A DNA stretch of 64,000 nucleotides. It comes from Gnetum montanum. Its lineage: Eukaryota; Plantae; Gnetophyta. The DNA lies in contig MNCI01003064.1 in the NCBI GenBank assembly GCA_015680685.1, positions 5,422 to 69,421 of the forward strand. The letters run 5' to 3'. The notes under the pieces were generated by a model, which was given only the letters and a program-made list of their open reading frames with translations, had not been told where the DNA came from and did no database searches. Below, one piece after another: positions 52,925 through 64,000 of the stretch. The first letter of the stretch is position 1; each line of letters starts with the position of its first letter. A program made the position numbers and the translations under genes.

Positions 52925-55900
52925 ACAATTGGGTGGGAAGAAATGGGGTTGCTACACTATGTGTAGCTACTTCTTGACTCATCGTGGGTTGATCGGAACG
53001 TAAGGCCGAGGTGTTTCACCAAGGCCCTCATTCACATCGTTGTCCCCCACTTGGAAGGGCAACTCAATCCATGCACTTTTGTTTTGGTAACCAGCTTGTT
53101 GAGCTGATTCTCGCATTGGACGTTCAATGTGTGTGTGAGAAAGCATTTCATTCTCAGAGGTTACAACCTCTGAACCCTACTCCATGTCCACGTTACTAAT
53201 TGCTTGGACTGCTACTTCATTAGCATGGATCACCACTTCCTTGCCTACGTATGGTAGGTGGATTTCCTAGTGTATAGGCGAGGAGATGGCCCTGAGTTGT
53301 GCTAACCATGATCTCCCCAAGATCAGGATAAACCCAGGCATTTCCTCAACCATGATGAATGTTGTGTTTGTGGAGAACTAGTCCCCTACTACAAAGTCTA
53401 TGTAGACTATGCTTTCCACTAGGACGCGTGCCCCGTTGAATGACCTTAGACACGACGTTGCTATGGGTTTGATCTAGTCGACCAAGACCAAATTATCCAT
53501 AATAGGGAAGGGGATGAAGTTCGTGGAAGCCCCATCATCAATGTGTACCCTTCTGATCCAGTGTTGGCCGACCTGAATTGTGATGAAAAGGGATGCCGTG
53601 GTCACCTAACCCCTTTCGGGATCTTCCCTAATGGCATTGTTACTGAAAGTCAATTGGGATGGTGCAAGCTCTGCAAGTACAGAGGGAAGCATGATTGAGT
53701 GGATCTCTTCCTCTTCCTCTAGAATGTATTCATTGACTAGAATCACTATTAACATGCGAATCAAAGCCTTGCGATGGGGGACAGATGTCATGATCAGGTC
53801 GTACAGCCTCAGTGTAGTGTTTTTCTATTTTAGAACTTTCTTGTCCTAAGTGAGGGCATCCATAAGGTCTTGGACACCACCTGTTTAATGCTTTCATCCT
53901 CTTTGATTCATCCCAGAAGATGAATTTCCTGAGGAGGGGCAACTTCGGATCTAGGTTCAGACCCTTTTTGATAGGGCGGCACGGACTGCGCTGTTATAGC
54001 AAAGTTTGTCTTTGGTGATGGGGGTGCAGATGCAGGGGGTGGAGATGTAGGCATGAGGACACCTTGGGTGGCACTCCCCTTTGATGCCTCACCCACGAAA
54101 CACACTTCTCATTTTTTAGGATGAGAAGTTTGTTCAATTGTCTTATGCGGGGCAAGGGCTATCGAATGAGTTAGCCTCCTAATGATGAAAGGAGCTAATG
54201 GTGTTAGCAGGTGAAGTGGCATAATTTTGCTAATAGGTGGCATAGAGATGGATGCCCATGGAGGGACTCTCAGGATGAACAGCTGTTGTGAGCTTTGATT
54301 AGCCACTCGTGGTACTGGTGCACTACGTTAAGGCACACGGACCACGAATGGTTGCTGGGGTGGGCTAGGATCACTATCAATACCAATGGAATTGTTGACG
54401 TAACTGACATTATTGGCATTGATGGGATCTGTGTAGACATGCATAGATTGGTTTTTGGGTCATACCGGGTTGCTTTCGTCCAACACCAATTTTTCCTGGT
54501 CAATCAATCTCTGGATGTCGTCCTGCAACATCGGACAGTAATCCATGTTGTGACCACATTGTTAGTGGTAGTCACAAAACCTGTCCAGTCGGAAACCCTT
54601 AGGAACTTGGGGCTCATTGGGTAGGGCCAAAGAGGGGTTCCTAAGGAGCTCACAGCAGCATTGATGCTTTTTGATTACTTCTTAAGAAATTTGGTTGTAT
54701 TGCATGCGCCCCATTTCCAATAGCTGCTTTAGAAGTTTCGAAGGATTAAGAGGTAGTGGGGTGTACTTTGAGTGATCTTTATGTTCAAATTTTGGTTTTG
54801 GTTGTGTAGATGTCTTAGGTGCAGGAATTGGAGGTTGCGACATGTCGCCCTACTTGGGCATGGGGTTAGCTGTTGGTACGAATGGTTTCTTGTTGCCCTT
54901 GTTACCATTGTTACTAGGTCTAGGCTTGGCCTCGGTCACCACAGCATCCACTGTGGTTGTTGGGACCTTATCCTTGTCCTTCCTTATGAAGGTGTTTTTG
55001 TAAGTGATGTAGGCTGGGTATTTGCTCACCTCAGCTGCATCCTGTATACTCTTTGTCTAAGCAAAGGCTTCACTAAGAGTGTAAGGAATGAGGTAGTACA
55101 ATTTAGACTTGATAAAGTCGTTCACTGCACCCTTAAACATGGCCAATAGGTGGGCCTTCGTGATGGGCTTGCAGATTTCATTAAGGGTTATGCTCCAGCA
55201 CTGGATGAACTTCTGGACTGGTTCCAGAGGCTCTTGCTTTACACTCATTAGTTGATCCAACGTGATTTATGGCTTCAAGTTATACTTGAAGCATGTCATG
55301 AACTAGGTTAGAAGCTCTTCTAGAGTTGAAATGGATGAGCGTGGTAGCATGTGATACCAATCTAAGGATTTCCCTGCTAGGGACATGGCAAAGACACAAA
55401 TGATCGTGTGAAGCCATTATTGCAATAGGAGAGACTCAAACCTAAAGGTAACTGGATGTGCATTGGGATCTCCTTCCCCATCGTACTTCATGAAGTGTAG
55501 GAGAGACATCACTGGGGGTAACGTCAGATTAGGGATAGCAGGGCTGATGGGGTCATCCTGGTAAAAGTTCATGACTTGTACCATGTTGGATGCGACAGAC
55601 TTGAGGCATTTGATTTCCTTAGTGAGGATCTGGATAAGTTGGAACGCTTGATCCAGACCCTGCAATGGTGTGGGTATTTGAGGAACTACCGAGGTAGTTC
55701 TCAAATGTGGAATGGCAGGGATAGTGGCTTGACCCATCGGTGGTATCGTTGGGGTAGCCCCTGCGAAAGGTGCTTCTTACACTGTCCACCACCTGGCAAG
55801 TGGTGCTATTGGAGTAGCAACCATCGTTTGAGCCGCCGGATAAACTGCTTATGTCATCGACGGAATAGACCATAGCCCCGTGTTAGGTTGTATCATTTGC

Positions 55901-56421
55901 GGGGTTTGGTAGGTATGAGGGTGAACATAATGAGACATCTACGATGGTCGTGGAATAGGAGAAGAAGTGAATGGGGTCCACCACGTGGACAGGCTTGGGC
56001 CCACTGTAGTGGGTGGAATAGATGTAAATGTAGGAATTGACATGGAAGTTGCATACTATTGCGAAGTAGGCACAGTGTGAACATGCGACAGGGTAGCTAT
56101 GATTGGTGTCTGATGCGCTACAGGAATGGGCTATTGAATAGTTTGTAGAGGCATAGTTGCTGAAAATGACACAGGAGAATAAGGGCGTTGATACGCTAGG
56201 AAGGTAACATGGCTACCCATTGCAGTTGTAGTTGCAGGCTGCATGACCATAGGTGTGATGACAAAGGGAACGGTGATAGACAATGGATTGGCCCAGAAGG
56301 ACTGGGTAGGAGGGACAGGAATGGGGTTGGTTTGATCTCCCTCGTAGGATTACAAATCAAGTTTCTCCTATCTTTCCTGAAAAGCATCATTCTAGTTAGA
56401 CGTCGTGTCCTATTGCTCCAT
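52925..56421 (-). pseudogene. Tat gag-protease
   Basis: KYDGEGDPNAH...SLAGKSLDWY...LDQLMSVKQ (retrotransposon gag). FCDYH*QCGHNMDYC (Zn knuckle). RVHIDDGASTN...ILGRSWL (protease, ~53270-53560). Confidence 0.9.
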
Positions 56422-56481
56422 AAGCCTAGCCAACTAGATTAGTTAGTCTAGAAGCCTTTGGTTTGTCTGTGTCAAAAGTAT

Positions 56482-56772
56482 CTAAGTGTCGGGAGTGGGA
56501 ACAAACTCCTTCCTGTCGTAGTAAGTGAACTTGAAGCTACATTTATCTTCAAGTTCATGTACATCCAAAGGCAGGTTTGCCTGAACCTTTACATAGAGGA
56601 AGCTATAGCACTCGTGTTGCTGGGCCAAGCCCTCAGGTCCTCGATTTTGGATCCTGAGGGATTGATGTGTTTCCAGCATTGGGTTCAGTGGTTGTTCGGC
56701 ACCAGTGATGCCTTGAACCATGATGGGAACCTCCACGTTCAAGGTATTAGCAACAGTAGTTGTGGAAGCCAT
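56482..56772 (-). CDS. Short extra ORF upstream of Tat gag (~96 aa), unknown function
   Basis: Open frame from MASTTTVANTLNVEV to ...EFVPTPDT, between the 5' LTR and gag. Confidence 0.4.
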   Translation of the reverse strand: MASTTTVANTLNVEVPIMVQGITGAEQPLNPMLETHQSLRIQNRGPEGLAQQHECYSFLYVKVQANLPLDVHELEDKCSFKFTYYDRKEFVPTPDT

Positions 56773-56879
56773 TGCTACTAAGCTAAATAGCTTTGCAAAT
56801 GAAAAAATCAAGGGAATCAAAAAGCTAAGAAGTTTTGCGAATGAGAAGAGAAAAAATGTTGGCAAGCAACCAAAAAGAA

Positions 56880-57176
56880 GGCTTTATGTCTTGAAGGGCT
56901 CCTGAGGAACCATCGAGGTGATCGATCTGTACCACACGATGCGTAAACAATCGCCAAAGGGTGTCACGTTTACGCTAGTGTGAGATAGGGTACAGAAGGC
57001 TTACAAGACTACCATAAAAAAGGCAAGTCAACTGGCAATTAGGGGCTTTATGTCCTTTAGGGTTCCCAATAAATCATTGAGGTGATCGATCTGCACCACA
57101 TAACACGTAAAAAATCATAGACGGGTGTGACATTTAAGCTAATGCGTATTAGGGTGCAGAAGGCTTACAAGACTAC
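56880..57176. repeat. Tandem duplication of a ~132-bp hairpin-forming leader unit (period ~164 bp)
   Basis: GGCTTTATGTC...GAGGTGATCGATCTG...CAGAAGGCTTACAAGACTAC at ~56880-57011 and ~57044-57176. Confidence 0.88.
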
Positions 57177-58766
57177 GCCGAGGGGCCTTCGATCACTGGT
57201 AGTCTCGACCCTATTTTCATAGGAGGGCCATGTTGGATGGAATAGGAATGGGGCACCTTAAACGGTCTAGTCAATCAGACAGGGACTTAGTCAGTGTCTA
57301 TATAACCTTTTGCAATGTGTAATTTAAAAGCGAGATTGATAACGCGAAGGAATGCTTAAATGCAAAAGAAGTAGAAAATAATGGAAAATGAAATAGTAAA
57401 TAGGAAATAATGTAAACTACGGTTAGAAAAATGCATCGCTTCGAAGCTATGACCTTGCTCTGTAAAGATGGATGCAGTTGGTTGCACAGCGTTGGGAAGT
57501 GCAGAGATCCCGAGAGTAACCAAGACATGTAGAGGAAGAGGGTTGTGTGCTTGAACATGGACTCAATCGTCAAAAATGAGAGTCTCTACCAAGGTGGTAG
57601 AAAAGAACAAAAGAAAATGCTAGCTAAGAATGCTAACTATTTGCAATGTCAAATAGAAAGCTTACAATGTTTAGGATTACAGTGCCAACTTTTTGCTTGT
57701 TAGCCAATAACACTGTTAGCCGACCAGAGTGCCGAGAAAATAGACTGCGAACTGAAAAATTATGAAAAAAGGAGATGCCAAAAGTGTGAAAAGATTCAGA
57801 ATGTACTAGTGCCCCAGCCATCTAGAGAGAGACTTTAAGCATTTCTAATTAGGGTATTTATAGGACTAATGGCGTACGAAAGATGCAGTTTGGACGCCAC
57901 GTTCCTTGGGCCTATGCTGACTTGTTCATGATGCACGTGCCTACATGACCATTGGGCAAGCCTACCATACTATAATTACAAACTTGCCACATAATAATTA
58001 TGCTATAAGAGCAACGGTGCAATTAGGTGATGTGCATTAATGTCATGTAACCGCTTGCCACGCCCTGCCATGCTTTGTAGTGTAGCATGTTTGGCCTAGT
58101 GTGGCATCTTGTCACACTATGCTATGCTACGTAGTGTAGTTTAGTGTAGCCACCGGTTCGAAGAAAATAATTTGCGTTGTGTCTTGCTACATTCGTCAAA
58201 AACCTTTGCAGTGTTGCGATTACTGGTCATAGATTCGCTATGCTATGCTACTCTATGTAGCATATCATAGCGTAGCAACTATTTTTAGCTGCAAAAAACA
58301 TTGCCAATATGAAAACTTTGTCTTTTGCACTACGAAGTTTGTGAACTTGTTGATCCCACCCTTTGAGATGCCTTTTATTAACTCCCACAGAATTTCTACT
58401 CCACGATGTGCCATGTAGCTTAGCATAGGATAGCAGCAAACATGACTTGATTTTGGCAAAGTTTGCTACTTTCTGATGGAAGAAGACATTGCCGAAGGAC
58501 TTGGAGTTAGGTGAAGGGATTGGTCGTCCATCTTTTTCTACGCTGTGTGGCACAGTGTAGCATAGCACTATGCTTCTGCAAACATCTTCTAAATTTTTCT
58601 ACGCTACATGGTATAGCATAGCGTAGTAAGGTTCCTTGACTTAGGAAACTTGCCGAAGCAGATAGTCTAAACATCAGAGCATCCATCTCTTGAAGAAATG
58701 TCGTAATGCTGTATGAATTGCAAAGCCTAGTGAAGCAAGGATGTCTTCAAATTTTTGGGTGTTTCA
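57177..58766 (-). repeat. 5' LTR of the Tat element (inner ~36 bp not matched)
   Basis: Direct repeat of 40784-42371, ending GGGTGTTTCA before the TSD. Confidence 0.92.
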
Positions 58767-61700
58767 AACATCAGCCACCTGCTCATTTGTATTGCAGTAC
58801 TTCAAGATAATTGATTCATTTGACACAAGATCTCAAATAAAAGGAACCAGAATGTTAATATGCTTAGTTCTTCCATGGTAGGTTGGATTTTTTGACATTG
58901 TAATTATAGCTTTGTTGTTGTAATAAATTTTAGTTGCTTCCTTTTTCTCTTGATTGAGATTTGCAAGAATTATCCTTAAATAGATTGCTTGACATGTTGA
59001 TGAGGTTATAGCTACATATTTAGCTTGAGATGAAGACAGGACAATTGTAGCTTGCTTCTTTGAACTCCAACATATGGTAGCTAAACCAAGGTTTAAAATG
59101 TAACCTGAAGTACTCCTTCTATCTTCCAAACATCCAGCCCAATCACTGTTAGTGTATCTAGATAGTTTGAACTTTGAAACATGACCATACCATAGTCCAA
59201 AATCAATTGTTCCTACAATATATTGTAACAATTTCTTTCCTGCTCCAAGATGATGCTTTGTAGGAGAGTGCATGAATCTTAAAATAACTCCAATTGAGAA
59301 AGCTATGTCAGGTCTCATATGAGTCAAATAGATCAAGCCTCCTACTAAGATTCTGAAATGCCTTGCATTTGCTTGTTCAGTACCATCGTTAACTTGCAAC
59401 TTCTCATTCAAGTTCATAGGTTTTGTTGCAATTTTGCAATTCAACATGTTAAATCATTTAATAAAATTAGTAGCATATTTTCTATGAAACAAAGATTCCA
59501 TATTTAACTTGGTTCACTTCAAGTCCAAGAAAGTAGTGCAACACACCTAAATCTAACATTTCAAACCTTTTCTTCATGCAAACTTTGAATTCTTCAATGA
59601 GAGAAGACAAAAAATCTATGTATATCATATTATCCACATAGAGGCAAATAATCTGAAGATCATTTTTACCTTATTTCTTCAAATAAATATTGGGCTCATT
59701 CTTACTCCTTTCAAAGAAATTTTGGAGAAAATATGAGTCAATTTTACTATACCATGCCTTTGGAGCCTACTTCAATCCATAAAGTGTCTTTCTTAACTTG
59801 TAATCTTTCTCTTCTTTTCCTTGAACAATAAAGCCTTTAGGTTGAGATACATAAACTTCTTCCTTTAAGTATCCATTTAGTAATATAGACTTTACATCAA
59901 ATTGATAAATAGGCCAATTCAATTGAGCAGCCAAGGCTAAGAGTAATTTTGTAGTTTCAAATTGTGCAATTGGTGAAAAGGTGTCTTCAAAATCTACACC
60001 TTGTTGCTATGAATATCCTTTTTCCACAAATTGAGCCTTGTGCTTCTTAATGGTACCATTTGCATCATATTGTGTTCTGAAAACCCATTTAATTTCTATA
60101 ACATTTTTGCCTTTTGGTAGCTCTAACAATTCCCATGTATCATTTTTTTTGAATTTCCTTCAGCTCCTCTACCATTGAATTGCACCATTCTTCCTTCTCT
60201 GCTACTTCTTCAAAGCTTGTTGGGTTTGCAAAAAACAAGGCTTGTGTTGTCTCATAGACTTTGGTTAATGACTTGAACTTTCTTGGAGTACTATCACTAC
60301 TGGAACTTGAAATAGTAGAATTTGGTGAAGCTAGAATTGATGAATTTGGTGAGCTAGGAGGAGTTTGTTGTTGAACTCCATTTGTTTCTCCTTTGGTTCT
60401 TCATTATTTTCATGCCATGTCCATCTTGCCTGCTCATCAAAATCAACATTCTTGCTAATGGACACTTTGCCACTAATAGGGTTATATAGCCTATATGGTT
60501 TGGAATTGGAACAATAGCCAATAAAAATACATTTGATAGATTTTTCATCAAGCTGGATAAAATCATGAGAATCTACCAAAGCATAGGCAATACAAAAAAA
60601 TACTCTTAACTGGATTACCGAAGGCCTCCTACCATTCCATGCTTCATATGGAGTTTTATTCATCACTACCCTTGTTGATGATAAATTCAATAAATAAATT
60701 GCAATGGCAACTACTTCTCCCCACGACTAATTTGAAAGTCCTTTTGTTTTCAACAAATGTCTTGCTATCTTCATAATAGTATTGTTCTTTTGTTCGACCA
60801 CTTCATTTTACTTTGGTGTATAGGGTGTTGTTAATTCTTTGTGAATGCCATGGCTTTCACAAAAAAGATCAAATTCTTGAGATACAAACTCACCACCATT
60901 ATCAGTGCAAAAGCTCTTGATGCATCTTCCAATTTTCTTTTCAACAAGTTCTTAAATTTTTTTGAAAACTTCAAAGGTTTTTGAATTTTGTTGTAGGAAA
61001 TAAACCCAACTCATGTGACTACAATCATCTGTGAATAGCAAAAAGTATCAACTCATGCCAAATGACTCTATTTTCATAAAACCACACAAATCAGCATGTA
61101 CAAGATCAAGACAATTAGATTCCCTCCAAGACCTTCCCATAGGAAATGGTTTTCTACTTTATTCTTCAAAAATACACCTTTCACATAAATTCAAAGACTC
61201 AATTTTAGGTAACCCAAACACCATTTCCTTTTGACTTAATAATTTCAACCCCTTAACATTCAAATGTCCATATCTTAAATGCCATAGTTTGGACTCACTA
61301 TTTTCTTTTACAACAAGAGCATGATTTTCTATATTAGCAAATTCAAGTGGGAATAGCTTTTTTGGAGTCATACGCACCTCAACAATCACTTGATTTGATT
61401 TTTTTTCTCTTATTGCACATGAGCTGCCCAACACTAAACAAATTTTAAGATAAACTAGGATCAAAGAGGACATCACTAAGGTATTTTATCTTGGCATGAC
61501 CATTACTAATTTCCACAATATCTTTTCCTTCAACTTGCATTAGCTTAGCGTTTTTGAGCCTCACTTTCATTTTTTGTGACTCGTCAAGTTCTTTAAATAG
61601 TAATCGTATGCCACTCATATGATTAGAATATCCACTATGTAAGAGCCAGACATCATTGGAAGCCTTCCAATCTTCAAGTTGCATCATAAACAACTTGATC

Positions 61701-62597
61701 TCCCCTTCTTCTTCTTCTGTATAATTTGCTTGGTTTTCATCTTTTTGTCTCTTATAGTAATTGGCCTTGACATGGCCAAACCTTTTGCAATAATGACACT
61801 AGATGCCTTTATTGTCTCTTTGTTCCTCACGAGATTGTCTTTGCTCATGCTGCTCACCACATCCTGCTCTACCTTTTCCTTGATTGCCTCTACCATGATA
61901 TCCTCCACACCCTCTGCTTGCTCCTTTTCTAAAGTCATCATTCTTGTTGATTAATTCTCCCTTTACATGAAATGGCTTTTCTTCATTCTTTTCAGTTGTC
62001 CTGTTCAATTTGCTTCATGTGCTTACAAAGAACCCATTAGTTCATCTGATGAAAAAATGATGAGATCCTTCGATGCTTCAATTGCAGCAACTACATGATC
62101 AAACTTCAGAGTCAAACTCCTTAAAACTTTTGCAAGAATTGTTTAATTAGTAATGTTTTCTCCAAAGGGCCTAATTTGATTAACAATTTTTGATGTTCTA
62201 GATAAAAATCTTGCACTAATTCTCTATTTTTCATAAGCAAACTTTCAAAATCACAATGAAGAGTTTGAAGTTTCACAGTAATTACCCTTGAATCACCTAG
62301 AAACTCCTTCTATGGTATATTCCAAGCTTGCTTCGAAGTGGTGGCTGCTGCAATTCTTGAAAATATTGAATCATGAACAACTTGCTGAATGAAGAGCAGT
62401 GCCTTAGAGTCTCTCTTCTTGTTTTCTTTGAATCTTTGTTCATCATCAGGATCTGCAAACCCATTCTCTACCAAGTCACAAAGATCTTGAGACTTGGATA
62501 GAGTCTTCATTCTGATACTCCAAAATTCATAATTTTCACCTTTGAAGATAGGAATCATTGGCTGAGAGACACTCACAGTATTGCCATCAGTTTCCAT
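58767..62597 (-). pseudogene. Copia gag-pol (final codons at ~40690-40747), degenerate
   Basis: IPIFKGENYEFWSIRMK (gag), WLLHSGYSNHM (PR), LWHLRYGHLN, TPYEAWNGRRP (INT), CLYVDNM (RT) and YTNSDWAG...HGRTKHI (RH). Confidence 0.95.
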
Positions 62598-62650
62598 GAT
62601 GGTTTTGCTCTCAATTTACTCACCCATGCCCAGAAAGAAACAAAAACCTA

Positions 62651-62661
62651 CTCTGATACCA
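62651..62661 (-). other. PBS (initiator Met tRNA) of the Copia element
   Basis: Reverse complement TGGTATCAGAG, 3 nt from the LTR end. Confidence 0.93.
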
Positions 62662-62664
62662 CTT

Positions 62665-62958
62665 TGATGGGAAGGGATAACAGAAAACAGAGGGACACAA
62701 GAGAGGGTAATCCAAAACAAAAGAGAGAAGATCACATGAAGCTAATGCTTTGATTTTATTACGTAAGTGCTGCAAATTATTCAATACTAAACCATCCTTT
62801 ATATAGGTTTTACAATGCAACTGAATTACAGAAAATCTCGGCACTATCTTAGCCATGATCTTAAAATAGAAAAATAGAGAAACAGAAAATTAAGGAACTA
62901 ACAAAATGCAAATGACCAAGTCAAGAAGCTGCTGTCAAGTTTGAATCATTCTCCAACA
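62665..62958 (-). repeat. 5' LTR of the Copia element
   Basis: TG...CA termini, followed by TSD GATCC. Confidence 0.95.
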
Positions 62959-63804
62959 GATCCATTACTTGGATCTCATAGTCCATGGAATCTCTGATCT
63001 GGAACCTAACACTAGCGGAGTAGGTGAAAATTTTGATCCACATGTTCCCCATTATGATCACTGGCATTATGTTTTCATTTATGTATTCTCATATTTCCTC
63101 AATGTTTGTGGAATAGGGAATGGTTATGTACTCTGAAATGGGTAAATTTTAATTTCCTCTAGCTTGTTTGTGTTCAATCAAGTGTGATAGCTTGGTTTCT
63201 TATTTATGATTGAAAAATGGCCCACAAACGCAGCGACAAAGAAAGGGGTTTTACACATTAGAAACACTTAAAGATGTATTGGTTTCGTGAACTTGAAGAT
63301 GTTGAGTAGATATTGAATTCAAGGATTCATGAGTGGCCACAAATTACCCCTTTATAGGTGAAATCTGAAACAGTCCGAAACAGTCCAAAATTCAACAAAA
63401 GTGGGTGTTTTTAAATAGGTCTATAAGGAATCACGAGGTGAATCTTCACAGAGCACACAAAACCAAACATTTCTAATCCAAAAACTCTAATCCATGTAGG
63501 CAACATCCGAAGACTCAACTCTTGTAATGATCGTGGCAAAGAAAGGGGTTCTAGTGTTGAATTCATGCGTATGGATGTTGCTAGGCATGAGAACTTGGTT
63601 CACGATGGAACTTTTCTATGAGGAGTCACCAGATGCCATGAGAAGCTTATTTCTATTAGGTAGGAGAATATTTGAGCTCTTGGATTGTTACCATTGTTGC
63701 AAGAGTGAGCATCAGCATTGGTGGAAAGCCAACGTGGATTCCTGATCATCCCAATGAAGGCCACTAGTAATAGCTCTCAGCTCTTTAACATTTTTTCATG
63801 TATT

Positions 63805-64000
63805 ATCTTGTTTGTAAATCCATTTGTGCTTCTACCCATGTGTATTATTCCTTGTGCTGGGCTCCTTCCCACACAGCCTATCAAAACTTGGAGCGGTTAT
63901 TTCGAGACTTCATGTGGTCATCTAAAGATTCCCCACGAGGTTTTCATCGTGTTGCTTGGAACATTGTCACTCTTCCTAGAAACAAAGGAGGATTAGGTCT
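63805..64000 (+). mobile_element. L1-type LINE ORF2 fragment (post-RT region), runs off the window end
   Basis: A frame not in the ORF track reads LVCKSICASTHVYYSLCWAP...LERLFRDFMWS...HRVAWNIVTLPRNKGGLG, matching the plant L1 motif FLW...VAW..VC.PK..GGLG. Confidence 0.85.

Larger units (their letters stand above)
40748..58766 (-). mobile_element. Tat/Ogre-type Ty3/Gypsy element (18 kb) nested in the Copia RNase H region
   Basis: TG...CA termini, TSD AACAT (40743-40747 and 58767-58771), ~1.6-kb LTRs, and pol with an additional archaeal-type RNase H between RH and INT. Confidence 0.95.
40362..62958 (-). mobile_element. Full-length Ty1/Copia element (Ivana-like), interrupted by a Tat element
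   Basis: ~300-bp LTRs at 40362-40662 and 62665-62958. TSD GATCC at 40357-40361 and 62959-62963. Met PBS, PPT AGGGGGAG, single gag-pol. Confidence 0.95.

Noticed and set aside
47279-53000. Antisense cassette as an independently inserted DNA transposon or Helitron
   Set aside because: No TIRs, TSD or transposase/helicase motifs were seen, and it shares repeat motifs with the Tat LTRs and 3' UTR. Disfavoured but not excluded.
53631-56905. Several 60-125-aa plus-strand ORFs overlapping Tat gag
   Set aside because: They are antisense shadows of the gag frame, with no splice structure or motifs.
40325-63015. Exon-like segment (AG...GT on the minus strand) reconstituted across the Copia insertion site
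   Set aside because: All three frames contain a stop and no protein family was recognised.

Overview
AT-rich plant nuclear DNA made mostly of old, nested, decayed LTR retrotransposons around one apparently intact host gene. That gene is an MBD2-like zf-CW + methyl-CpG-binding protein (minus strand, coding exon 17957-18655). From left to right the window holds: a Copia fragment; an Athila-type Gypsy (A); two fold-back repeats flanking an intronless CCR4-like deadenylase pseudogene; the MBD gene; a Tekay-like Gypsy remnant split by Athila C (20591-37697), whose 3' LTR is itself interrupted by an RT-less Athila B; a full-length Copia (40362-62958, TSD GATCC) interrupted by an 18-kb Tat/Ogre-type Gypsy (40748-58766, TSD AACAT); and the start of an L1 LINE fragment. 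The main discovery candidate lies inside the Tat element. A ~5.7-kb intron-like spacer between protease and RT carries an antisense gene of 8 exons and ~1,100 codons (48040-52498). It has its own promoter-like and poly(A)-like signals and encodes an FCP1/SCP-like (NIF) phosphatase fold lacking its catalytic Asp residues, fused to a plant-mobile-domain (PMD)-like region. The cassette is flanked by stem-loop repeat arrays that recur in the element's 3' UTR. All domain calls come from manual translation and remembered family motifs, not database searches. All TE-borne ORFs are pseudogenised in these copies.
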